A DNA stretch of 64,000 nucleotides, taken from NCBI GenBank assembly GCA_965198225.1, contig CBDAOY010000007.1, positions 416,001 to 480,000 on the forward strand, given 5' to 3'. The notes beneath the pieces were generated by a model that searched no databases, was not told the origin of the DNA, and worked only from the letters and a program-made list of their open reading frames with translations. The position numbers and the translations under genes are program-made. Positions 39,868-49,743 of the stretch are shown here, piece after piece. Source of the DNA: Terriglobia bacterium. GTDB lineage: Bacteria > Acidobacteriota > Terriglobia > 20CM-2-55-15. Positions within the stretch are counted from its first letter, which is position 1. Every line of letters begins with the position of its first letter.

Positions 39868-40840
39868 TCGATCCTAAAGTTTCGCTTGACCGCTGATTCC
39901 AACGGGCTGATCTTGCCCACCCACTACAGGACATCCTCTGCGACGGAGTGTAGATATTTCCAGCGCCATGCCTCAAAATCCGGACATTCAGGAGGTTTCA
40001 AGAAGATGCGTATGACCGGAAGATTGTTTCTGTTGCTGCTTTCGATTGTCCTCATTTCACAGGTTGTGCGATCCCAGGCGCCGGACCGCGTCGTCCGACT
40101 TCTGGAAGAGCTGACGAACGCTCCCGGGCCGAGCGGGTTCGAAGCCCCCGTCCGAGAGATCGTCGAACGGGAGTTGAGAGGGTTGGGGGCCGATATGTCC
40201 CACGACGGTCTCGGCTCACTCATCGCCAAGATAGGTCCGGACAACGGCCCCCGCATCATGGTCACCGCGCATCTGGACGAGGTCGGGTTGATGGTTCAGT
40301 TCATCCGGCCGGACGGTTTCATCCGTTTCAAGACGTTGGGTGGCTGGCTGAGCCAGGCACTGGTGGACCAGCGGTGGGTGATCGTCGGAAGCCGAGGCCC
40401 TGTCGTCGGCATCACCGGCATCCGAACGGTTCACGTGACCCGCGGAGATGCGCGCAACCGCGTCTGGGGCGTCGAGGAACTCTTCATCGACGTTGGCGCT
40501 CGCTCACGAGCCGACGCCGAGGCAATGGGTATTCGACCCGGCGATCCGATCGCTCCGTGGAGTCCCTTCACCATCCTTCCGAACGATCGGTACGCGGCAA
40601 AAGCCTGGGACGATCGCGTCGGCCTCGGCGTGATGCTCGAGGCTCTCCACCAGATGAGAGAGCAGAACATCTCGACTCCGAACACGCTGTACTTCGTCGC
40701 CACCGTTCAGGAAGAGATCGGCCTCAGGGGAGCGCAGACCTCGACGCGAATGGTCGACCCGGACATGGGCATTTCCATCGAGGCAGGCGTATCGGCAGAT
40801 TACCCCGTCGCCCGGCCTGAACAGGCACAAGAAAGACTAA

Positions 40841-42854
40841 CCCGACTTCCGCGGTTCGGCAGGTTTGGTAGACCTAAGTTGTTGAGTTAATTAGATCGAG
40901 GTCCCGAAGGTCGGCACTACAAGGCTGTCGGCGATCGGGGCCGTGGCATGGCGCTCAGATGGCGATGCGCGGTGTCGGCTGTTGCGGCAACGTCATGGCG
41001 AGATGATGCAGCAGCAAGAGATGGTCCCTGTTGGGTTGGGTGTAGCGCGGCAGGACGAGGTGGCGTCCGTCGGTGGTCGGCACATGAACATCGACCATCT
41101 GTATGGTCGAGAATGTGTCGAGGATTGCGCGGGGTGTCAGCCCCGGGGCGTGGGGGCGGATGAGGGATTTCAGGGTGACCTGCAGGCACCAGGCGATGAA
41201 GGCAAGGAAGATATGGGCTTCGATGCGGTGGTCGTGCTGATGGAAGATCGGCCGGATCGCGAGGTCGTGCTTGAGTTCCTTGAACGCCTGCTCGATTTCG
41301 GTCAATCGCATGTAGTGGCTCCACAACTGTGCCGGGTCACCGCTGGTCATGTTGGAGCGCAGCAGGTAGCGGCCTTCGCGCCGGTAGGCGGCCCGGAGCT
41401 TGTCGCGCCGGAGCGTGAAGGCAAAGCCGTTGTGGGCCAGTGCCCCATTGCTTTCTGGGACCTCGATACGGACCAGATACCAGGCGCGTCCGGCCTCCTT
41501 CTTTGCGGCGCCCAGCTTGATCAGCAACGCATCCCGGCTGAGGGATTGTCGCTGCAGGTCATGCAGGCGTTTCCACAGCTTCTTCAGCCGTCGCCGCCGC
41601 ATGCTGCGTTCCTTCGAGATCCGTTTTTCGCTACGGACCAGCACATAGAGTTCGCCGTCTCGTGACAGCAGCTTGACGTCAACGGACTGGCGAACCTGCT
41701 GCCAGGGCAGATCGAGGAAGGACGACTCCAGACGGGTCAGCCGACCTTTGGGTGTGCCAACCAGATAGCGCAGGCCCGAGGCACTGGCGCGCATCTCGGC
41801 CAGGGTCTCCTCGGTGGGAATGCCGCGATCCATGATCCAGATGCGGTCGGAACGACCGTATTGCGCCTCAATGCGGTCGATGAAGGCGGCCAGCGTGGTG
41901 TTGTCGGCCGTGTTGCCCGGCATCACCTCATAGGCCAGCGGGAAACCGTCGGGCGTGATGATCAGCGCGATCACCACCTGGACGCAGTCGGGACGCTTGT
42001 CGCGGCTGTAGCCGAACTGGCGTTTGCCCGCCAAGGGCGGGTCCGACTCGAAATAGGTGCTGGTCAGATCGTAGAGCAGAACATCGAACCGGGCCTCAAA
42101 CAGGGTGCTCCAGCGCGCCTTGAGGAACGAGAAGAACTCGCGCTTGTGGTCGAGCAACCGGTCGAGACAGCGGTAGAGCTTGTCGTCGGAGATCACGCGG
42201 TCACTGCCCAGCAGGTCACGTAGCGCGCTGTGTTCATACCAGTGCCGGTGCAGCCGCCAGTCGCTGCCGGGATCGATCAGGTGATAACAGACCTGCACCT
42301 TGAGGATATCGAGCCATCGGGTGCCCTTGCGGCTGGGCGGCAGCCGCGGGCCCCAGAAACGGTCCAGCCCGAGACGGTCCCACAACGCCAGCGCCAGCCA
42401 GCAGGCGCCCCACTGGCGCGGATCGCGCAGTTCCAGTTTGTCGAGCTGGATCTGCACGACATCGCAATCCAACACCGGCGCGGGCCGGTCCTCGGGAAAC
42501 AGCGCCATCTGCTGCAGCGCCGCGCCGCCGCTGAGAACCTCGATCGAGCGGCACCACTCGGCGCGCTGGCTGTCGTTGATCTCGCCGAGATAGAGAAGCT
42601 GGCGCTGGACCACACGGCCGCCACCGACCCGGGTGCTCTCGACGACACTCCAGTAGCGGTGCTCCTTGCCGTCCTTGAATCGCTTCTTGCAGCGCACGAA
42701 CATGCACGCATCGTCGGCATATCCGAAAAACTAATCAAGGGGGTAGGTCGGCACTACACGCCCACCCAGGAGGTCAAGGCACAGAAAACAAACGCGATTC
42801 GTGCTCCAAATGGGCCAAATTAGATGAAAATCGTGCCGAACCGCGGAAGTCGGG
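40841..42854 (-). mobile_element. IS1634-like element
   Basis: TIR CCCGACTTCCGCGGTTCGGCA at both ends; target CTA present on both sides. Confidence 0.88.
40955..42703 (-). CDS. IS1634-family transposase
   Basis: LYDLTSTYFE, GYSRDKRPD, MDRGI, IEQAFKELK. Confidence 0.9.
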   Translation of the reverse strand: MFVRCKKRFKDGKEHRYWSVVESTRVGGGRVVQRQLLYLGEINDSQRAEWCRSIEVLSGGAALQQMALFPEDRPAPVLDCDVVQIQLDKLELRDPRQWGACWLALALWDRLGLDRFWGPRLPPSRKGTRWLDILKVQVCYHLIDPGSDWRLHRHWYEHSALRDLLGSDRVISDDKLYRCLDRLLDHKREFFSFLKARWSTLFEARFDVLLYDLTSTYFESDPPLAGKRQFGYSRDKRPDCVQVVIALIITPDGFPLAYEVMPGNTADNTTLAAFIDRIEAQYGRSDRIWIMDRGIPTEETLAEMRASASGLRYLVGTPKGRLTRLESSFLDLPWQQVRQSVDVKLLSRDGELYVLVRSEKRISKERSMRRRRLKKLWKRLHDLQRQSLSRDALLIKLGAAKKEAGRAWYLVRIEVPESNGALAHNGFAFTLRRDKLRAAYRREGRYLLRSNMTSGDPAQLWSHYMRLTEIEQAFKELKHDLAIRPIFHQHDHRIEAHIFLAFIAWCLQVTLKSLIRPHAPGLTPRAILDTFSTIQMVDVHVPTTDGRHLVLPRYTQPNRDHLLLLHHLAMTLPQQPTPRIAI

Positions 42855-43193
42855 CTAGGGGACGGTCCGGGCATTTTCCTTCTGGACAGTTCGATGATCC
42901 CGAACACGAAGGTCCGGGACTTCTTCATGAAGGTCGCTCGGGAGGAAGGTATTTCGCTGCAACCGGACGTACTGACCGGCTATGGCGAGGACGGACTGAA
43001 GCGCTGGCGAGGACGGAGCAGAAATCCAACGGTACGATACGGGCAGACCCTCGGTGAACATCACGGTGCCGACCCGCTATCTTCATTCCCACACGGGCAT
43101 CATCGAACGCGGCGATTTCGATGGGGCGGTTCAATTGCTGATCGCGGTGCTGAAGCGCCTCGACGCGGAGACGGTGAGGGAGTTGTCGAGTTT

Positions 43194-44447
43194 CTAGTGA
43201 ATCTTGTCGACCACGACCTCGCCGCCCTTCATGACCCAGCGGACGTTTTCGAGAACCACGTTGATGTCCGCCAGAGGGTCCCCTTCGAGGGCGACAATAT
43301 CGGCGAAATAGCCCGGCATCACGGCACCCAGGCTGTCGGACATGCCGAGCATCTCCGCGCCGTTCCGGGTTGCCGTCACCAGCGCCTGCTCAGGCGTCAT
43401 GCCCAGCCTCACGTACCAGCCCAGCTCCCGCGTGTTCAGCCCGAAGCCGTTGTACACCGCGTCGGAGCCCATCGCGAACTTCACACCCGCCTGGAATGCC
43501 TTCCGTGCCGTTTCGAAATTCCGCCGGATGTAGTCGTTGATGTTCTCGACGTCGCTGGCCGGAAAGCCGTAGTTATCCGCGTTCTCGGTGTAATAGCGGT
43601 TGTGGTCGATGGTGGGGACGTAGATCGTTCCCTGGCGCGCCATCGAGGCGATCGTCTCATCGTCCACGTCGGTGGCGTGCTCCAGGGTGTCGGTCCCGGC
43701 GCGAACCGCGTCACGCGCGCCTGACGGCCCGTAGGAGTGGATCGCGATGAGTTTTCCCATCTGGTGCGTCGTGTCCACCATCGCCTTCATCTCTTCGTAG
43801 CTGACCGTCTGCCGAGTGATGACGTTGTTGAAACCGCCAGTGGACCCGAAGACCTTGATCAGGTCCGCACCGGATTCGAGCGTCTCACGCGCCGAGCGCG
43901 CTGCTTCGGCCACCAGGTCCATTCCCTCCGGAGTGTCGCTGCCCGGGCGACGTGCGCTGCGCAGCCCTCTTCCGGAAACGAACATCCGCGGTCCCACCAT
44001 CGCGCCCATGTTGATCAGGTCGCGCATCGCCATGTCCGCGCCGTTCGAAGCGTTCAGATCGCGTACAGACGTGACGCCGGTCTCGAGTGTCTTTCGAGCG
44101 TTTTCCTGTGCCAGGAAGACCGTGACGGCGATGTGCCGGGGAGGCTGACCGCGCGGTCGCGTTCCGGGAGCCTCGTCCCAGTAGTAAGTCATGTGCGTGT
44201 GCGCGTCGATCATCCCGGGAATACCGGTGTATCCGCTCAAGTCGATAACTTCTGCACCGGCTGGAATACGGACCTCGGATCCTCCGACCGTTTGGATTCG
44301 ATCGTCTTCGACGATGACGACAGCATTGGTGATCACCCGATTGCCGTCCCACAGCTTGCCGAATCGGATGACCTTGGTCGCGGCTGTTGCAGGAACGACC
44401 AGCAAAGAGACGAAGATGCAGGTAAGAATCGCCCTTGCGACGAGCAT
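43194..44447 (-). CDS. Amidohydrolase (Xaa-Pro dipeptidase-like)
   Basis: PGMIDAHTH, AMGSDA, ADIVALEGDPL. Confidence 0.9.
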   Translation of the reverse strand: MLVARAILTCIFVSLLVVPATAATKVIRFGKLWDGNRVITNAVVIVEDDRIQTVGGSEVRIPAGAEVIDLSGYTGIPGMIDAHTHMTYYWDEAPGTRPRGQPPRHIAVTVFLAQENARKTLETGVTSVRDLNASNGADMAMRDLINMGAMVGPRMFVSGRGLRSARRPGSDTPEGMDLVAEAARSARETLESGADLIKVFGSTGGFNNVITRQTVSYEEMKAMVDTTHQMGKLIAIHSYGPSGARDAVRAGTDTLEHATDVDDETIASMARQGTIYVPTIDHNRYYTENADNYGFPASDVENINDYIRRNFETARKAFQAGVKFAMGSDAVYNGFGLNTRELGWYVRLGMTPEQALVTATRNGAEMLGMSDSLGAVMPGYFADIVALEGDPLADINVVLENVRWVMKGGEVVVDKIH

Positions 44448-44621
44448 GAGGGGCCTCCTTTGAAATGACGCGCCCACGTTATTCGAGTCAAGCGCCGCTG
44501 TCAAATCCGCGCGCCTGCTACTCTCGCAGTGGGCCGTGGAGTTGGTCCGAGATCAGGATCTCGCTGTCGTCACGAAGAAGTCGCCGACCCAGTCGGCGTC
44601 CCCTCGCCGCGTTACAGGCCA

Positions 44622-46955
44622 CTAGAATCGGGGCTCCGGCTCTCGTTCGCTCTCGGCATCGACCGGTCCGAAATCCGGCGGGGCCTTGCGATGTTGGGTC
44701 GCGGCCTCATAGGCCGAAGCCGCGCGCAGGATGATCGACTCATCGCCCGGTCCCGCCCAGAACGAGATTCCAACAGGGAGCGGGGACTCGAGCTCGGTCT
44801 GCTCGCTGCTAGTGACGCTGTCATAGTCGTCCTTGTCCTCGTTCAGGGCGTACTCCGGTTCGTAGGCAATCGGATTGAAACCAGCCGGTACCGTGAGTTC
44901 GGGGATGCCGAGGTTTGCACTCGTCGGAAACCGGCCCCTCGGTCGGTCCTTGACCGACGGCTCGCCCGCGTAGCCGATTCGCACCGGAGGGATCGTTATC
45001 GTCGGATTGACGAACAAGTCGATGTCGTTCTTGTGCATGACATTGAGCACTACGAGCCGCATGACGTCACGCATCTTGACGCGACGCGTGATGCCCTCCG
45101 ACGCGATGTTCTGTTTGTACTCCCAATTGCGCATCGCGACGGCGCGAGATTCCGTGTAGTACTTTGAATTGGCGTTCAAGCTCGTCCAGCCCGTGACCCT
45201 GTCATCGCCGCGACGCATCAAATACTGAGACAGGTGGAAGCTGAAGCTCGCCGTCGCCGGCGAGGTGTTGATACTGCGGAGGTTCAAGTCTGCCGACAGA
45301 GGCGCTTTGCCTTCGGCAGCTCTGACGAGATAGTCGCGCGTCGACACGTCGTAGCCGGGGACGGCATACTTGTATTCACCCTCGTCGTCTGTTTCCTGGA
45401 TCAACTCGGGCATATGTACGGGCAGAATCTCGGCGATCGCCTGCTGAAAGTCGTATGTCATGTTTGGGATCGAGGGATCGTCCGGATACTCCGGATCGAA
45501 CGACTCGACGATCTCCGCGCCGAGTTCGTCGCGCAGCACGCGAATGATCTCTTCGTTGACGAGGTCGCTCATCGCAGCATCGTTGTCGGTGTGCTTGACC
45601 ATGTACTCACGTACGACGCCGATACGCATGCCCGCAAGCGGTCTGGGCGCCATGGTCTCTCGGTCGACGACGAAACTCGTGTAGGGCTCCTCCGAGATCA
45701 GCCTGCGCGGTAGTGCGCTGTAGATGTCCCGCGGATCGTAGTAGCCGCGTTCCGGGTTCTTGAGCGCGTCCAGTACCATGGCCGCATCCTTGACCGTGCG
45801 GCAGTGAATGCCCGCTCGATCGAGGTAGGGCTCTACGCCCGTGGATCCGCCGTAAGGCATCAACCCCTTGGTCGTCACGAAGCCGACGACGCCGTTTCGC
45901 CATGCCGGCTGCCGACACGATCCGCCGGTTTCCTCACAGATGGAACAGCTGACGAGATTTCCGCCGACCGACACCGCGGACCCGGAGCTCGAACCGCCGG
46001 TTTCCCGCGCCGTATCGTAGACATTGCACGACGTGCCGGCCCAACTGCTGCGGGCGCCGGAGCCGAACGTTCGTGTTCCGGCCTTGGCCCCCCCGGGGTT
46101 CCCTCCGCCGGCGTTGTATTCGGCGAGATTGGCTTTGGCATAAATGATGGCGCCCTTGGCCCGCAACTCGGCGACGATCGTCGAGTCCTCGGGCGCAGCA
46201 TCCATCGCATAACTCGCATCGGCACCGCTCGTCGATCGCAAGTCTGTGGTGTCGAAGACATCTTTGAAAGAGAATGCGGCGCAGTACATCGGCATCGCAT
46301 CGAGATCGGGGTTGTTGCCGTACCTTGCATCGAGCTCTGCCGCTCGCTCCAGCGCGTCCGGCTGCTGTCGAAACGCTTCGCAGACGGCAGGACATAGTGC
46401 CGGAAGAGGGCCGTTCGACGGGTGCTGGTCGCATCCGGCCTGACAGGTCACCGACCGCTCGCCCCGAAGGTTGAGCGTACTCAGCGCATTGAGCTGGCCC
46501 GCGTCGTTCATGCCGACAACCATGCCGTACTGCTGCTGGACGTCGGGATCCGACCGTGTGGCCTCCATGCGGCCGAACTGGATCGGCAAACCCTCGTATT
46601 CATCGTAATCAGCCAGAATCTCACGCACCGCCACGGTGGTCGGCGGGAACACGAGCGGTACGCCTGCCCGAACGGTGCCCTTCCCCGGCGTAATCGTCTC
46701 ACCGTCTTCGGTCACGAGCTGAGAGCATATCCCGTTGTATGCTCTTGCGCGGTCGACGTAGGCCTCGACGACCTGGACACACGTTGTGTCGCCTTGCCGG
46801 ATCGCCTCGTGAATGTCGTCGATGGTTGCTTCCTCGACCTGAAAACTGCTCTGCGCGGAAGCCGAGATGGAACCGATCGTCAACACACTTGCGAGCACCA
46901 CGGTTAGGGTGACCACGCTTGCGATGACGTACCGGGTGTTCGACAGCGTTGTCAT
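44622..46955 (-). CDS. Exported amidase-signature enzyme
   Basis: GGSSSGSA, EETGGSCRQPA. Confidence 0.88.
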   Translation of the reverse strand: MTTLSNTRYVIASVVTLTVVLASVLTIGSISASAQSSFQVEEATIDDIHEAIRQGDTTCVQVVEAYVDRARAYNGICSQLVTEDGETITPGKGTVRAGVPLVFPPTTVAVREILADYDEYEGLPIQFGRMEATRSDPDVQQQYGMVVGMNDAGQLNALSTLNLRGERSVTCQAGCDQHPSNGPLPALCPAVCEAFRQQPDALERAAELDARYGNNPDLDAMPMYCAAFSFKDVFDTTDLRSTSGADASYAMDAAPEDSTIVAELRAKGAIIYAKANLAEYNAGGGNPGGAKAGTRTFGSGARSSWAGTSCNVYDTARETGGSSSGSAVSVGGNLVSCSICEETGGSCRQPAWRNGVVGFVTTKGLMPYGGSTGVEPYLDRAGIHCRTVKDAAMVLDALKNPERGYYDPRDIYSALPRRLISEEPYTSFVVDRETMAPRPLAGMRIGVVREYMVKHTDNDAAMSDLVNEEIIRVLRDELGAEIVESFDPEYPDDPSIPNMTYDFQQAIAEILPVHMPELIQETDDEGEYKYAVPGYDVSTRDYLVRAAEGKAPLSADLNLRSINTSPATASFSFHLSQYLMRRGDDRVTGWTSLNANSKYYTESRAVAMRNWEYKQNIASEGITRRVKMRDVMRLVVLNVMHKNDIDLFVNPTITIPPVRIGYAGEPSVKDRPRGRFPTSANLGIPELTVPAGFNPIAYEPEYALNEDKDDYDSVTSSEQTELESPLPVGISFWAGPGDESIILRAASAYEAATQHRKAPPDFGPVDAESEREPEPRF

Positions 46956-47166
46956 AGTTTTCTCCTGAGCATTGGGGTTAGGACGAGGTGGTCGTGGGCA
47001 CCGTCTACCCAGACCTTGCAGCATGCGAAGGCGCCGTTTCGCGCCAACGCGAAGCGCACCATACCTTCCCGATCGCATCTTATCGAGATCCCGACATCAT
47101 ACCTGACGGGAAATGATTCGCGATGGCCTTTCCCGCGGAGGGTGCAGATAGCACTGTTACAGGTCA

Positions 47167-47757
47167 CTAGGGCAGGAGATACCCCTTCTCGACCGCGTCG
47201 TCGATCAACGATTCGGCGATTTTCCACAGCTTGGTCGATCCGTCTCCGATAGGGCTGTTGCGCTCGATCACTTGTGCGCGGTGGATCCCGTGCTCGAGCC
47301 ACGCGCGACCCTGGGTGTGGTAGTTATGCATCAGCGGCATCAGTCGATCAAGGGCGGCGGCAAACTTCGCATCCGGAGTCTGACGGGCTTCGAATTCCTC
47401 CCACAGCGCGCGCAGTTCCGAGCCCTGGTCTGAGGGCAGGAGTCCGAACAGACGTTCCGCCGCCCCACGTTCCTTCTCTTCCTTTTCCGCCCACCCCTCG
47501 GTGTCGTAACAATAGGTGTCGCCGGCGTCGACCTCGACGATGTCGTGTATCAGTACCATCTTGATGACGCGGGCGAGGGTGACCGGTTCGTTGGCATGTT
47601 CCACCAGTGCCATAGCCATCATCGCGAGGTGCCAGCTGTGCTCTGCAGAGTTCTCCTTACGGTCAACTCCCACGAGATAGGACCGCCGCAGGACTCCCTT
47701 GAGCTTATCGATTTCCAGAATGAATCGGATTTGGTCCGATAGCCGGTCGGTGTCCAC
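47167..47757 (-). CDS. HD-domain hydrolase
   Basis: ENSAEHSWH, IHDIVE, DRLMP. Confidence 0.9.
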   Translation of the reverse strand: MDTDRLSDQIRFILEIDKLKGVLRRSYLVGVDRKENSAEHSWHLAMMAMALVEHANEPVTLARVIKMVLIHDIVEVDAGDTYCYDTEGWAEKEEKERGAAERLFGLLPSDQGSELRALWEEFEARQTPDAKFAAALDRLMPLMHNYHTQGRAWLEHGIHRAQVIERNSPIGDGSTKLWKIAESLIDDAVEKGYLLP

Positions 47758-47797
47758 GGAATTCTCCTCTCGCGGCTGATTGTAGCTGTGTCGGTGT

Positions 47798-48721
47798 CTA
47801 TCTGGGAGATTTACCCAGCAGACGTTCCGTGATGGAGCCGCGCCCGGGAGAGAATTGCGACGCCGCGGTCTGCAGGTAGGGCCGGAACTGTCGCGTCCAG
47901 TACTTGAGGAACCCGATGTCGCGGATCTCCGCTAGAGTCGTGCCGTAGTGTTCCAGGAGTGGACCGGCGAACATCTGGCCCGTCCGCTCGCCGGCCAGCT
48001 TTGCCGACCGCGACAGCCAGTAGACCTTCTCGGGCAGCGTGCCGACAGCCGTAAGAGCCATCACCGACGACATCTCGAACGTCGACCGGTTCTGTCTTCG
48101 TGCTTCACGAGCGATCGCGTTCCACGTTCCTGTGACGGAGTCGATTGACGGGAGACTCTTCGGAGGGAGTTTGCGAAGTTCGGTTTTCACGCTCGACCAT
48201 TCCTCCCGAAGCCCGGCAACGTCCAGAGGAGGAGCGTTGATCGTCTCTGCCGCCTTGCCCGCGCTCTGCTCGAGTCCGTCCAGCATCTGGTCGACGGTGC
48301 TGAACTCGGTGTTCGGGTCGAGCAAGCCCTCGTGCTTGAGCGATTTTGTGATGTCCCCGAGCAGGTTCCGTCCGGCGCCGGTCACGTCCGCCAGCGCCGC
48401 GAGGATCCAGACGGGGGAGGCGCGGAAAGCGAGGATCCCGATCATTTCCAGTCCGCCACCCGCGGTTTTACGAACGAGGAACTGTTCGTTCAGCTTGTCC
48501 TCGTCCGGATATACGCCTTCCACCTCGCCGACCTGTTCGATCATGAACCGGAGCGTCATCTCGACGAGGTTCGTATAGAGCCGGCTCTGTCGAACCCCCT
48601 CGGGAAGCGTGACTTCGCCGATCTCCCGGAGTAGGCCGCCCGCGAGGGCGGACACGGAGCGGACGGCTCGCTCGGGAAGCGAGAGAAGATAAGAGGTCAG
48701 TTGGTTGTTGATGGGTGACAT
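47798..48721 (-). CDS. Hypothetical protein
   Basis: 307-aa ORF co-oriented with its neighbours. Confidence 0.7.
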   Translation of the reverse strand: MSPINNQLTSYLLSLPERAVRSVSALAGGLLREIGEVTLPEGVRQSRLYTNLVEMTLRFMIEQVGEVEGVYPDEDKLNEQFLVRKTAGGGLEMIGILAFRASPVWILAALADVTGAGRNLLGDITKSLKHEGLLDPNTEFSTVDQMLDGLEQSAGKAAETINAPPLDVAGLREEWSSVKTELRKLPPKSLPSIDSVTGTWNAIAREARRQNRSTFEMSSVMALTAVGTLPEKVYWLSRSAKLAGERTGQMFAGPLLEHYGTTLAEIRDIGFLKYWTRQFRPYLQTAASQFSPGRGSITERLLGKSPR

Positions 48722-48856
48722 TCGACTACACCAGTGACAAGTGACGAGTCACAAGTGACGAGTAAGATAGAGAGAAGCCATCGCGTTCGGAAGAGTCGTG
48801 CCGCGTTTCTTCAACGGCCTACGGACAACGGCCTACGGCCTACTTCTTCATCGCAC

Positions 48857-49657
48857 CTACACTTGTATGTACCCTTCCATGAATAGAACGGCATGGCCGG
48901 CGATCGAAACCCGGCCGTCCAGGAGCTCGCAGAACAGATCGCCGCTCCGGGCAGAAACCTGTCGCGCGTGGAATTCCTTCTTGCCCAGTCTGTCGGCCCA
49001 GTAGGGAACCAGGGTGCAGTGGATCGAACCGGTGACCGGGTCTTCATCGATACCATAGCCGGGAGCGAAGTACCGGGATGCGAAGTCGGCCGATTCGCCC
49101 GGGGCCGTGACGATGACGCCCATTCCCCTCAGCCGCTCCAGAACAGCGAAGTTCGGCCGTAGCGCGCGGACGTCGGCCTCGGAGCCATACACGGCCATGT
49201 AATTTCCCGATCCCTCGGTTTCCATGTAGGAGTGGATCTCCTGCGGCCGACTGCCCAGCCCGTCCAACAACTCTTGCGGTGGATTCCGGCATGCGGTCGG
49301 AGCGAGAAGGGGAAAGTTCATCACGAGCAGGTCGTAGTTCTTCTCGACCGTGAGCGTTCCGCTGCGGGTGTGGAAGCGCAGTGTGGACGACTCACTGCCG
49401 AGCTGATCCCAAATCACGAACGCCGACGCCAGTGTCGCGTGGCCGCAGAGATCCGCCTCCGTGGTCGGAGTGAACCAGCGCAGATCATAACCATCCCCAT
49501 TCGGGGAGAAGAAAGCGGTCTCGGAAAGATTGTTCTCCGCCGCTATCTCCTGCATTCGATCTTCCGGCAGCCATTCTTCGAGTGGACAGATCGCTGCCGG
49601 GTTGCCGGAGAAGACTTTATCGGTGAAGGCGTCGACTTGGAAGAGCCGCAGTTTCAT
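48857..49657 (-). CDS. PhzF-family isomerase
   Basis: QVDAF...GNPA, LCGHATLA, EDPVTGS. Confidence 0.92.
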   Translation of the reverse strand: MKLRLFQVDAFTDKVFSGNPAAICPLEEWLPEDRMQEIAAENNLSETAFFSPNGDGYDLRWFTPTTEADLCGHATLASAFVIWDQLGSESSTLRFHTRSGTLTVEKNYDLLVMNFPLLAPTACRNPPQELLDGLGSRPQEIHSYMETEGSGNYMAVYGSEADVRALRPNFAVLERLRGMGVIVTAPGESADFASRYFAPGYGIDEDPVTGSIHCTLVPYWADRLGKKEFHARQVSARSGDLFCELLDGRVSIAGHAVLFMEGYIQV

Positions 49658-49743
49658 GGTTTCCAGTTTACGCGGATTACACGGATCTGCGCGGATTTCG
49701 CCGATCGGGAAGAAGTTCTGATTCGAGAATCATCCCGCGGCTC

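Larger units (their letters stand above)
40006..43197 (+). pseudogene. M42 aminopeptidase interrupted by an IS and a further frameshift
   Basis: AHLDEVG, AKAWDDR, QEEIGLRGA before the IS; ERL/GDGP resumes at 42855; RYLHSH lies in a shifted frame. Confidence 0.88.

Noticed and set aside
42894-43724. 276-aa ORF
   Set aside because: Chimera of the frameshifted M42 tail and the antisense of the amidohydrolase.
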